Shown here: in pieces, positions 26,686-34,112 of the stretch | How the letters are laid out: every line of letters begins with the position of its first letter | How positions within the stretch are numbered: the first letter of the stretch is position 1 | Origin: an uncultured Cytophagia bacterium | GTDB lineage: Bacteria > Zhuqueibacterota > Zhuqueibacteria > Residuimicrobiales > Residuimicrobiaceae | Assembly (NCBI GenBank): GCA_964554965.1 | Contig: CAZKQR010000003.1 | Coordinates: 1 to 37,259, forward strand | Reading direction: 5' to 3' | DNA length: 37,259 bases | The notes under the pieces: generated by a model | What the model was told of the DNA's origin: nothing | Seen by the model: the letters and a program-made list of their open reading frames with translations, nothing else | The model's database searches: none | Translations under genes and position numbers: made by a program

Positions 26686-27342
26686 TTAGCCCTGGTCATG
26701 CGCCACGATGCGCGCCTCGGTTAAAAAGACCACCTCTTCAGCGATGTTGGTGGCATGGTCAGCCAATCGCTCCAGCTGTCTGGTGAGCACGATCAGGTGC
26801 GCGCACGGCTCGATGTCGTCGGTCTTGGCTTTCATCCGCTCGACAAGAAATTTAAAAATGCTTTTATTCAAACCGTCCACCGCATCGTCCTGGCGCCGCA
26901 CTTGCAGCGCTTTTTGATTGTCCAGCTCGGTGAACGCCGCGATGGCTGTTTTCAGCATCACTTGCGCCTGTTTGGCCATGTCGATCACCTGCGACTCTTG
27001 TACCAGATCGTGGCGGTCTGCGGTCTTGCGTGTGCGGTTGACGATGTTGACGGCGATGTCGCCGCATCGTTCAAGCTGGGCGCTGATCTTGAGCGCCGTG
27101 ATGATGGTGCGCAGGTCGATGGCCACGGGCTGAAACAGAGCAAACAGGTTTTCACACTGAGCCAGAATCAGGTTTTCATAGGCGTCCGTCTGTTTGTCGC
27201 GCTCCTTGACCACGCGGCAAAGCTCTACATCGGCTTTTTCCAACGCTTCAATGGCCATGCCCACCTGGCCGTCCACCAGCTCCACCATCTGCTGCAAGGA
27301 CGTTTTCAGGCTGTCCATTTCCTGAGTGAAATGATTCTGCAT
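26686..27342 (-). CDS. phoU: phosphate signalling complex protein PhoU
   Basis: 218 aa with two PhoU repeats; the ERIGD-type motifs appear as ERCGDIAVN and ERLADHATN. Confidence 0.9.
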   Translation of the reverse strand: MQNHFTQEMDSLKTSLQQMVELVDGQVGMAIEALEKADVELCRVVKERDKQTDAYENLILAQCENLFALFQPVAIDLRTIITALKISAQLERCGDIAVNIVNRTRKTADRHDLVQESQVIDMAKQAQVMLKTAIAAFTELDNQKALQVRRQDDAVDGLNKSIFKFLVERMKAKTDDIEPCAHLIVLTRQLERLADHATNIAEEVVFLTEARIVAHDQG

Positions 27343-27371
27343 ATGCGATGAACCTCAACCTTGTACATGGC

Positions 27372-27400
27372 AATATACTCATGTTTTTCCCTGAAATCAA
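27372..27400 (-). promoter_or_regulatory. sigma70-type promoter candidate for phoU
   Basis: Minus strand: TTGATT (27400..27395), 17 nt, TATATT+G (27377..27371). About 30 nt upstream of the phoU ATG. Confidence 0.5.
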
Positions 27401-27540
27401 CGAAAACGAGGGGATGATGAAGCAACCGCCGGCGCCACGCTTGGTCAGGGCCTTTTCTGCTCTTGCCGGCCGACAGGCTTCAACTCTATATTTATTTTGT
27501 GCTGATTTCGCCGGCAGCCGATGCGGCGGCGCGCGAGTTC

Positions 27541-27569
27541 TTGACTTTGAGGTGAAATATGTGTAATTT
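27541..27569 (+). promoter_or_regulatory. sigma70-type promoter candidate for pstSCAB1B2
   Basis: TTGACT (27541..27546), 17 nt, TAATTT+G (27564..27570). It lies inside the ORF-track 5' extension of pstS, which argues for the downstream ATG. Confidence 0.5.
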
Positions 27570-27594
27570 GCGGCGGCGAAAAATGAGGGAACGT

Positions 27595-28386
27595 ATGCGC
27601 AGAATCTTTGCGGTCGTTGTCGTTGTTCTGCTTGTTGCTCATCTATCCGCTTGCGGCCATCGGCGCAGTTCGATCACGGTGGCCGGTTCTACGGCCTTTC
27701 AGCCCTTTGCGGAAAAGCTGGCCGATCAATTCATGACCAACCGGCCCACGACGAACATCATTGTGCAGGGCGGCGGCTCCGCAGTGGGCATCCAGTCCAC
27801 GCTGTCAGGAACGGCCCAGATCGGCATGGCGGATCTGGTCACCCTGCCTGAGGAGGCAAAAGGGCTGCAGGCTACGGAAGTGGCCCGGGACGGCATCGCG
27901 GTTGTGGTGCATCCGTCCAACCGCATCAACGACCTGACAATGGATCAGCTGCGCCGAATCTTCAGCGGCCGGATCCGCAACTGGCGCGATCTCGGCGGCA
28001 GCGACGGCGTTATCACCGTTGTTTCGCGCGAGGCTGGATCGGGCACGCGCATTTCCTATGAGCAGATCGTCGGCGATCTCGTTTTGACCAAAGAGGCCAT
28101 CGTTCAGGATTCCAACGGCACCATTCGGGAGACCGTGGCCAATGATCCCAACGCCGTCGGTTATCTGTCGCACGGCTTGCTTAATGAAAAAATCAAAGCG
28201 GTGGCCATCGATGGGGTGGCGTGCACCAACGAAGCCATTCAAAGCAAGCAGTACGCACTGGCACGCCCGATCTTTTTGCTCACCCGTGGAGCGCTGTTGC
28301 CCGACACTCAGGCGTTTATCGATTACATTCTCTCCGCAGAAGGCCAGCAAACCATTCAATCCAGCGGTCTCATTCCGGTTAAGTAG
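27595..28386 (+). CDS. pstS: phosphate ABC transporter substrate-binding lipoprotein
   Basis: ORF 27559..28386 trimmed to ATG 27595 (GAGGGA 5 nt upstream). Lipoprotein signal MRRIFAVVVVVLLVAHLSAC. PstS-family pattern: ITVAGSTAFQPF ... GGGSAVGI. Confidence 0.85.
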   Translation: MRRIFAVVVVVLLVAHLSACGHRRSSITVAGSTAFQPFAEKLADQFMTNRPTTNIIVQGGGSAVGIQSTLSGTAQIGMADLVTLPEEAKGLQATEVARDGIAVVVHPSNRINDLTMDQLRRIFSGRIRNWRDLGGSDGVITVVSREAGSGTRISYEQIVGDLVLTKEAIVQDSNGTIRETVANDPNAVGYLSHGLLNEKIKAVAIDGVACTNEAIQSKQYALARPIFLLTRGALLPDTQAFIDYILSAEGQQTIQSSGLIPVK

Positions 28387-28394
28387 CGAGCGTC

Positions 28395-29258
28395 ATGAAA
28401 CCTTATAGCCTGGGAGAAAAAGGCGTTCAGTACATTCTAACTGCCATCGCTTTTTCCGCGTTGTTCGGGCTGTTGCTGATCGCGCTGTTTATCCTCAAAG
28501 AGGCACTGCCCTTTCTCACCCAGGTGGGCTTGAAAGATTTTATTTTCGCCCACGACTGGGAACCGCAGAGCGGCAAATTCGGCATCTATCCCATGATCAT
28601 CGCCTCTCTGTGGGTGACCTTTGGCGCCATGATGATCGGCGCGCCGCTGGGCATCGCCTGTGCGGTGTTTCTCACCGAATTCGTTCCCCGGCCGGTGATG
28701 CATACGATCAAGCCCATGATTGAACTATTGGCCGGCATCCCCTCAGTCCTTTATGGTTTTATCGGCGTCATTGTTCTGGCGCCCCTGATCCGCTCGCATC
28801 TGGGCGGCCCCGGACTTTCACTGCTGGCCGCCTCCATCATTCTCGGCATCATGGTCCTGCCCACCATCATCAGTATCTCTACGGATGCGATCAGCGCAGT
28901 GCCCACCTCTTTTCGTGAAGGCTCACGGGCCCTGGGCGCCACCCGCTGGCAGACGGTTTATATGGTGGTGTTAAAGGCCGCGCGATCCGGCATCATTTCC
29001 GGCGTCATCCTCGGCATGGGGAGGGCCATCGGCGAAACCATGGCGGTGATCATGGTGGCGGGCAACGCGGTCAAGCTGCCGGGCTCTGCTCTGGATTCTG
29101 TGCGCACGTTGACGGCCAACATCGCCCTGGAGATGGGTTATGCCGTCGGGCTGCACCGCAGTGCGCTGTTCGCCACCGGCGTGGTGCTGTTTATTTTTAT
29201 CATGGTGTTGAACACCCTGGCCGGCGCCTTTGTCAAACGGGAGATACGCCGGCGATGA
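28395..29258 (+). CDS. pstC: phosphate ABC transporter permease PstC
   Basis: 287 aa polytopic protein with the EAA-type loop (REGSRALGATRWQT), first permease after pstS. Confidence 0.85.
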   Translation: MKPYSLGEKGVQYILTAIAFSALFGLLLIALFILKEALPFLTQVGLKDFIFAHDWEPQSGKFGIYPMIIASLWVTFGAMMIGAPLGIACAVFLTEFVPRPVMHTIKPMIELLAGIPSVLYGFIGVIVLAPLIRSHLGGPGLSLLAASIILGIMVLPTIISISTDAISAVPTSFREGSRALGATRWQTVYMVVLKAARSGIISGVILGMGRAIGETMAVIMVAGNAVKLPGSALDSVRTLTANIALEMGYAVGLHRSALFATGVVLFIFIMVLNTLAGAFVKREIRRR

Positions 29259-30094
29259 TGCGGATTCCTGCAAAAGTCAGCCAGGTTGTGGCGGCGGCCG
29301 TTATGGCGCTGGCGACCTTGCTCACCCTGGCGGTGCTGGTCTTTATCGTGGTCTTTATTCTGGAAAAAGGGTTGCCGATCCTGAGCCGTACTTTTCTCTT
29401 CAGCGCCCCCCGGGATATGGGCAAGGCCGGCGGTATTTTTCCCACCATTCTGGCGACGATCCTCCTGCCGCTGCTGGCCATTGCTCTGGCCCTGCCGTTG
29501 GGCGTCGGCACAGCCATCTATCTCACCGAGTACACCCGCGAGAGCCGGTTGACGCGGATCATCCGTTTTGGCAACGATTGTCTGGCCGGCATCCCTTCGA
29601 TCATTTTCGGCCTTTTCGGCTTTCTCTTTTTCGTCACTTTGCTGGAGATGGGCTGGTCGCTGCTGTCCGGCGGGCTGACCCTGGCGCTGATGATTTTGCC
29701 CACCATCATTCGCACCTCTGAGGAGGCGATCAAATCAGTACCGACCTCCTATCGCGAGGTTAGTTTTTCGCTGGGCGCCACCCGCTGGCGCACCATTCAG
29801 CGAGTGGTTTTGCCCAATGCCCTGCCCGGCATTTTGACCGGCGTGATGCTGGGCATCGGCCGTTCCATCGGCGAGACCGCGGCGTTGATCTTTACCGCCG
29901 GCTCTTCGCTGCGTCTGCCGCAATCGCTGTTCGATTCGTCGCGCACCATGTCCGTCCATTTTTATATTCTGGCGCGCGAAGGGCTGTCCACGGAAAACGC
30001 CTACGGCACAGCGGCGGTTCTGATCCTGTCTGTGCTGTCGGTCAACGCCGTGGCCTATTATCTCATGCATCGCTATATGAAAAAAAATGGCTAA
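29255..30094 (+). CDS. pstA: phosphate ABC transporter permease PstA
   Basis: 279 aa polytopic protein. ATGA overlap with pstC. EAA-type loop YREVSFSLGATRWRT. Confidence 0.85.
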   Translation: MMRIPAKVSQVVAAAVMALATLLTLAVLVFIVVFILEKGLPILSRTFLFSAPRDMGKAGGIFPTILATILLPLLAIALALPLGVGTAIYLTEYTRESRLTRIIRFGNDCLAGIPSIIFGLFGFLFFVTLLEMGWSLLSGGLTLALMILPTIIRTSEEAIKSVPTSYREVSFSLGATRWRTIQRVVLPNALPGILTGVMLGIGRSIGETAALIFTAGSSLRLPQSLFDSSRTMSVHFYILAREGLSTENAYGTAAVLILSVLSVNAVAYYLMHRYMKKNG

Positions 30095-30145
30095 CCTTTG
30101 CTCACAGCCGCCACCGGCGCCGGGCCATTCGCCTGCAGGATGCTC

Positions 30146-30901
30146 ATGAAAGCCAAATTCACTTTATTTCAATTCAGCGCCTATTATGGTTCGCATTGCG
30201 CGCTGCAGCAAATCGATCTGCTCATTCCGCCGCGGCGAATCCTTGGCATCATCGGACCTGCCGGCTCGGGCAAGACCACTTTTTTGCGCTCGCTCAATCG
30301 GCTGAACGATCTGACCACCGGCTTTCGCCGGCAGGGCGAGGTGCGGCTGGACGGTGAGGACATCTATGGCGTGGATTTCGATCCCATCGACCTGCGCCGG
30401 CGCGTGGGCATGCTGTTCGCCCTGCCCATCGCCCTGCCCATGACCATCTATGAAAACGTGGTCTACGGTCCGCGCATGCAGGGGATCCGTGGACGGTCGC
30501 AGCTGGCTCAATTGGTGGAAAGCAGTCTGCGCGCCGCTTTTTTATGGGATGAGGTCAAAGACCGTTTAAAGAGTTCCGCACTGCGGCTGTCCGGCGGCCA
30601 GCAGCAGCGGCTCTGCCTCGCTCGCGTCCTGGCTCTGAATCCCGAAGTGATCCTGCTGGATGAGCCGACCTCAGGATTGGACCCCATCTCTACCGCCAAG
30701 ATAGAAGACGCCCTGACCCTGCTGAAGGAGCAGTACACCATCGTGCTGGTGACCAACAACACCATGCAGGCGGGCCGCGTCGCCGACACCACCGCCTTTT
30801 TTTTCATGGGCGAGCTGATCGAGCACGATGAGACCAAAAAAATATTCACCAATCCTGCGAAGCAGCGCACCTTGGATTATGTGACCGGCCGTTTTGGATG
30901 A
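30146..30901 (+). CDS. pstB: PstB-like ATP-binding subunit 1 (Q-loop Gln and H-loop His replaced)
   Basis: ORF 30098..30901 trimmed to ATG 30146 (AGGA upstream). Walker [10 protein letters not shown], signature [13 protein letters not shown] (30587..), Walker B ILLDEP. However, VGMLFALP has Ala at the Q-loop Gln position (30419..30421), and [11 protein letters not shown] has Asn at the H-loop His position (30755..30757). Confidence 0.85.
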   Translation: MKAKFTLFQFSAYYGSHCALQQIDLLIPPRRILGIIGPAGSGKTTFLRSLNRLNDLTTGFRRQGEVRLDGEDIYGVDFDPIDLRRRVGMLFALPIALPMTIYENVVYGPRMQGIRGRSQLAQLVESSLRAAFLWDEVKDRLKSSALRLSGGQQQRLCLARVLALNPEVILLDEPTSGLDPISTAKIEDALTLLKEQYTIVLVTNNTMQAGRVADTTAFFFMGELIEHDETKKIFTNPAKQRTLDYVTGRFG

Positions 30902-31668
30902 GGCTCATGGCAACGAAGAACAAAATAGAGATCCAGCGTCTGAATCTTTATTACGGCGCTTTTCACGCCCTGCACGACATTTCAATGGACATTCTGGATC
31001 GCCAGATCACCGCGCTCATCGGTCCCTCCGGCTGCGGCAAATCAACTTTGGTGCGCAGCCTCAACCGGATGAACGATCTGATCAGCGGCGCCCGGGTGAC
31101 CGGCTCTGTGCGGGTGGACGGGGAGGACATCTATGCGGCCAAGGCGGATGTCGAAAAGGTGCGCAAAAAAGTGGGCATGGTCTTTCAACGGCCCAACCCT
31201 TTTCCGCTGTCCATTTTCGACAATGTGGCCTACGGTCTGCGCGTGGCAGGCGTGAAAAACAAAGCCACGCTCCAGAATAAAGTAGAGCAGAGCTTGAGGG
31301 CCGCGTGGCTCTGGGACAGCCTGAAGGATCAGTTGCATGCGTCGGCATTGACCCTGCCCATGGATCAGCAACAGCGTCTGTGCATCGCGCGGCTGTTGAT
31401 CATCGAGCCGGAAGTGATTTTGATGGATGAGCCCTGCTCCGCGCTGGATCCCATCGCCACCGCCAAGATCGAGGAACTGATCCTGGAGTTGAAGAAAAAT
31501 TACTGCATCGTCATCGTCACCCACAACATGCAGCAGGCGGCACGGGTTTCAGATTTTTCCGGGTACATGCTCCTCGGCGACTTGATCGAGTACGATGATA
31601 CTAAAAAAATATTTACCCATCCCGCGGATAAACGCACCGAAGAGTACATCACCGGCCGCTACGGCTGA
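30898..31668 (+). CDS. pstB: PstB ATP-binding subunit 2 (degenerate signature motif)
   Basis: ATGA overlap with pstB1. Near-canonical PstB: [41 protein letters not shown]-terminal YITGRYG. The ABC signature reads [13 protein letters not shown] instead of LSGGQ (31354..31368). Confidence 0.9.
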   Translation: MRLMATKNKIEIQRLNLYYGAFHALHDISMDILDRQITALIGPSGCGKSTLVRSLNRMNDLISGARVTGSVRVDGEDIYAAKADVEKVRKKVGMVFQRPNPFPLSIFDNVAYGLRVAGVKNKATLQNKVEQSLRAAWLWDSLKDQLHASALTLPMDQQQRLCIARLLIIEPEVILMDEPCSALDPIATAKIEELILELKKNYCIVIVTHNMQQAARVSDFSGYMLLGDLIEYDDTKKIFTHPADKRTEEYITGRYG

Positions 31669-31742
31669 GACCGTGGATACGGCGCGAGCCGGTTGCACCG
31701 CGGCCATCCGCCGGTGAGGCGCTCAGTCCGGCCGGGAACCGC

Positions 31743-32603
31743 TCAATCCGAAGAGGTGAGCGTAAGGCCTTCTTTTATTTCGACCAGCCCCCATTTGCGA
31801 TAATCCCCGTTGTTCATGACTGGAATCGCTCTGCCGATTTGATACATCTCTTGTCGATGATAATGGCCGTGCAGCACCAGATCCGGGCGAAAGCGATCGA
31901 GGAGGGCGACCAGCTCTCGGCGGTTGATCAATCTGGTTGCCGCGGCGAACAGCCTGCCTTCCCGCCGGCTCACCACCGAAGCGGGCAGCAGATGGTGGTG
32001 CAGCACCACGATTTTAAATCTGCCGGCTAACTCTTCGTGCGCCAGGATACGTTCGGCGCTGCCGGGATCCACATAGCCGTTGGAGCAGAAAACATTGCGG
32101 CTGATGTGCGGCAGGCAGCGGTTGGAATCCAACACGATCAGGGCAACCCGTTCGTCTAAAAGTTTAATAAAGGGATAGGGATCTGTTTCCCGGTCGTTCA
32201 ACGTAAGGATGGAGCGAAAGGCGTTGCGAAAGCTGTGGACGAAGAAGGAGAGATCCTTCTCATAGTGCGGCTGATCATAGGCGTGTATTTTCAATGCCGT
32301 GCGGGGAACCTGGCGCCATTTGCGGTAAAAGTCGCCGCCGGCGTGAAAATCTTTAAAGAAAAAATAGTAGAGATCGTGATTGCCGGGCAACACCGTCAAG
32401 CGGTCCGAGGTGGAAAAACCGCTGCGTCGCAGCAGGGCGGCCAGCGCGCGGAATTCTTCAGCGCGGCCGCTCTGACTCAGATCCCCGCTGAGGATCAGAT
32501 GATCCGGATGCGCGCGCTGGACCTGGGTCAGCCGTCGTTCCACCAAAGCGTCCCTCTCGGCGGAAAAGCCGTAATGCAGGTCAGATAGATGGGCGATCTT
32601 CAT
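31743..32603 (-). CDS. metallophosphoesterase (calcineurin-like)
   Basis: Motifs: HLSDLHYG, ILSGDLSQSG, PGNHD, VVLHHHL, LHGHYH. Confidence 0.8.
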   Translation of the reverse strand: MKIAHLSDLHYGFSAERDALVERRLTQVQRAHPDHLILSGDLSQSGRAEEFRALAALLRRSGFSTSDRLTVLPGNHDLYYFFFKDFHAGGDFYRKWRQVPRTALKIHAYDQPHYEKDLSFFVHSFRNAFRSILTLNDRETDPYPFIKLLDERVALIVLDSNRCLPHISRNVFCSNGYVDPGSAERILAHEELAGRFKIVVLHHHLLPASVVSRREGRLFAAATRLINRRELVALLDRFRPDLVLHGHYHRQEMYQIGRAIPVMNNGDYRKWGLVEIKEGLTLTSSD

Positions 32604-32622
32604 CGCGTGGGATTCGACCGGG

Positions 32623-33039
32623 TTAACCGAAACAGAGGATTTTGATCACATAGATCAGAATTCCGGCCAGGGCGAAAAAAAGCACATCCTGCAGACGATC
32701 CCAGAACATGAGGATCTTTAAATCCACTTCTTTCCATTGCTCCCATTCGCGGATGACGCCAAGGAGAAAGCCGCTCAATCCGGCGGTAAAAAAGGAAGGC
32801 CAGAGAAAAACCGGCAGTAAAACCGCCGCGCTGTACAACATATGTAGCGCCTGATCCAGCACGTTGATCCAACCGCAGTGTTTGGGCCGCCAGGGGTGCC
32901 GGTAGGCGAGGATGCTGAGCACTTTATGGTATTCGGGATCCGGCAGCTTTTTCAGCTGTTTTTCAACCCGATCCGCCACTTTTTCCAGATCCGGCGGCGC
33001 TGCACCGTAGAAAATGCGATAGTGCTCCGGTTTCTGCAT
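32623..33039 (-). CDS. small membrane protein, unknown function
   Basis: 138 aa. GAGGTG RBS. A polar N-terminal region of about 55 aa is followed by 2-3 hydrophobic helices. It ends 19 nt before the metallophosphoesterase start. No family recognised. Confidence 0.55.
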   Translation of the reverse strand: MQKPEHYRIFYGAAPPDLEKVADRVEKQLKKLPDPEYHKVLSILAYRHPWRPKHCGWINVLDQALHMLYSAAVLLPVFLWPSFFTAGLSGFLLGVIREWEQWKEVDLKILMFWDRLQDVLFFALAGILIYVIKILCFG

Positions 33040-33200
33040 AGTCTCACCTCTTTAAGCTGGGTAAGCAGACTCTAGGCAGGGCTCCATGATGCCGTTCAGT
33101 CACTCCTTGTACAATTTAAAAACCGAAGCCGTATTTCAAAGCATTTTCTTCCACGACCCGTTGGCCTGTCCCTGCCGGCTCGGAGCATAGGACTTTTCTC

Positions 33201-33229
33201 TTGATTTTTGCCGCCCGAATACCTAATTT
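33201..33229 (+). promoter_or_regulatory. sigma70-type promoter candidate for the 133-aa gene
   Basis: TTGATT (33201..33206), 17 nt, TAATTT+G (33224..33230). Confidence 0.45.
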
Positions 33230-33366
33230 GATTTGCATTTTTTAACCCGCAGAGCCGGGACCATGAGACGCATGGCAGCGGACCGGGGTATATCCCCGCA
33301 CGGGGATGGTCAGCCGGCTGTTCATTTTGTGGCTCTGCGCAGGGCGAGCGAGGAGAAGGCAAGTCC

Positions 33367-33768
33367 ATGAAAGCGAAGAAATTTTTCTGGTTCGGCACGG
33401 CGCTGTTTCTCTTGGCCCTTGCCGTTTTTGTTTGGTGGCGATATTATTTCGTGTTCGGCGAAGGGGTTAAGGCCGGCAATTTGAATTTTTTGGTGAAAAA
33501 AGGCTACGTGTTCAAGACCTGGGAAGGCCGGCTGATTCAAACCGGCTTTAAAACCCCCAAACCGGGTTCGATGCAGAGCAATGAATTTGAATTCAGCGTG
33601 GTGAATGACAGCCTGGCGCACGAGTTGGAAAGAGCCAGCGGCAAATTCGTCGAAGTGCGTTATAAAGAATACCTGCATGCGCTGCCCTGGCGGGGCATGA
33701 GCAATTACACCGTCACCGCCATTCTGCGCATCGAGGATGATCCGGGCAACTCGGTCTTGCCGTTCTAG
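33367..33768 (+). CDS. membrane-anchored small protein, unknown function
   Basis: 133 aa. GGAGAAGG RBS. An N-terminal TM anchor (FFWFGTALFLLALAVFVWW) is followed by a beta-rich soluble domain. No family recognised. Confidence 0.6.
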   Translation: MKAKKFFWFGTALFLLALAVFVWWRYYFVFGEGVKAGNLNFLVKKGYVFKTWEGRLIQTGFKTPKPGSMQSNEFEFSVVNDSLAHELERASGKFVEVRYKEYLHALPWRGMSNYTVTAILRIEDDPGNSVLPF

Positions 33769-33931
33769 CGGCCGGGTGGGCTGCTTTTGCTGCAGCCACA
33801 GACACCCACAAGGGCGCTTTCTTGTTGTAAATCAAAAACATATCAGTTGGTCTTTGCTACGAGCAGAATTCTGCTGCACCCGGCAACGGGCTACGTGCAC
33901 GCGAGTCCGGTCTGCACTCGCCCCTCTTGAC

Positions 33932-33963
33932 AACCGGCACGACGAAAAGGCGCCGGTTTTTTT
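33932..33963 (+). terminator. intrinsic terminator candidate
   Basis: AACCGGC-13 nt loop-GCCGGTT followed by a T-run (to 33963). It is preceded by a second hairpin, GCGAGT-9 nt-ACTCGC (33901..33921). Confidence 0.4.
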
Positions 33964-34046
33964 ATCGCCATGTGCCCACAGGCGGCAACCGCGGAAAATC
34001 CCTTTGCCGTCTTTCTCCTCATGCGGTCGTTTTCTCTTTTCGAGAG

Positions 34047-34075
34047 TTGACATTTAGGAAAAAATGTACTAATTT
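34047..34075 (+). promoter_or_regulatory. sigma70-type promoter candidate for the secreted-protein gene pair
   Basis: TTGACA (34047..34052), 17 nt, TAATTT+G (34070..34076). About 37 nt upstream of the TTG start at 34113. Confidence 0.55.
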
Positions 34076-34112
34076 GATCTTTGTTTTTCAGGCGGCATAA
34101 AAGGACTCTGCC

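Noticed and set aside
27401-27540. Search for Pho boxes in the phoU-pstS intergenic region, including the AT-rich stretch TTCAACTCTATATTTATTTTGTGCTGATTTC.
   Set aside because: I could not find two or more phased direct repeats of a CTGTCAT-like or TTAACA-like unit. The AT-rich stretch may be an UP element or a second weak promoter. There is not enough evidence to annotate it.
33292-33307. Hairpin ATCCCC-GCAC-GGGGAT, considered as a guanidine-II (mini-ykkC) type element.
   Set aside because: The loop is GCAC, not ACGR. There is no second matching hairpin, and the downstream gene is not a guanidine transporter or carboxylase.
33862-33875. Perfect 14-bp palindrome AGCAGAATTCTGCT, and the hairpin GGCTGC-7 nt-GCAGCC just after the 133-aa gene stop.
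   Set aside because: These are isolated short palindromes in a 3' untranslated region with no repeat partner elsewhere in the window. They are most simply part of the terminator region or chance.
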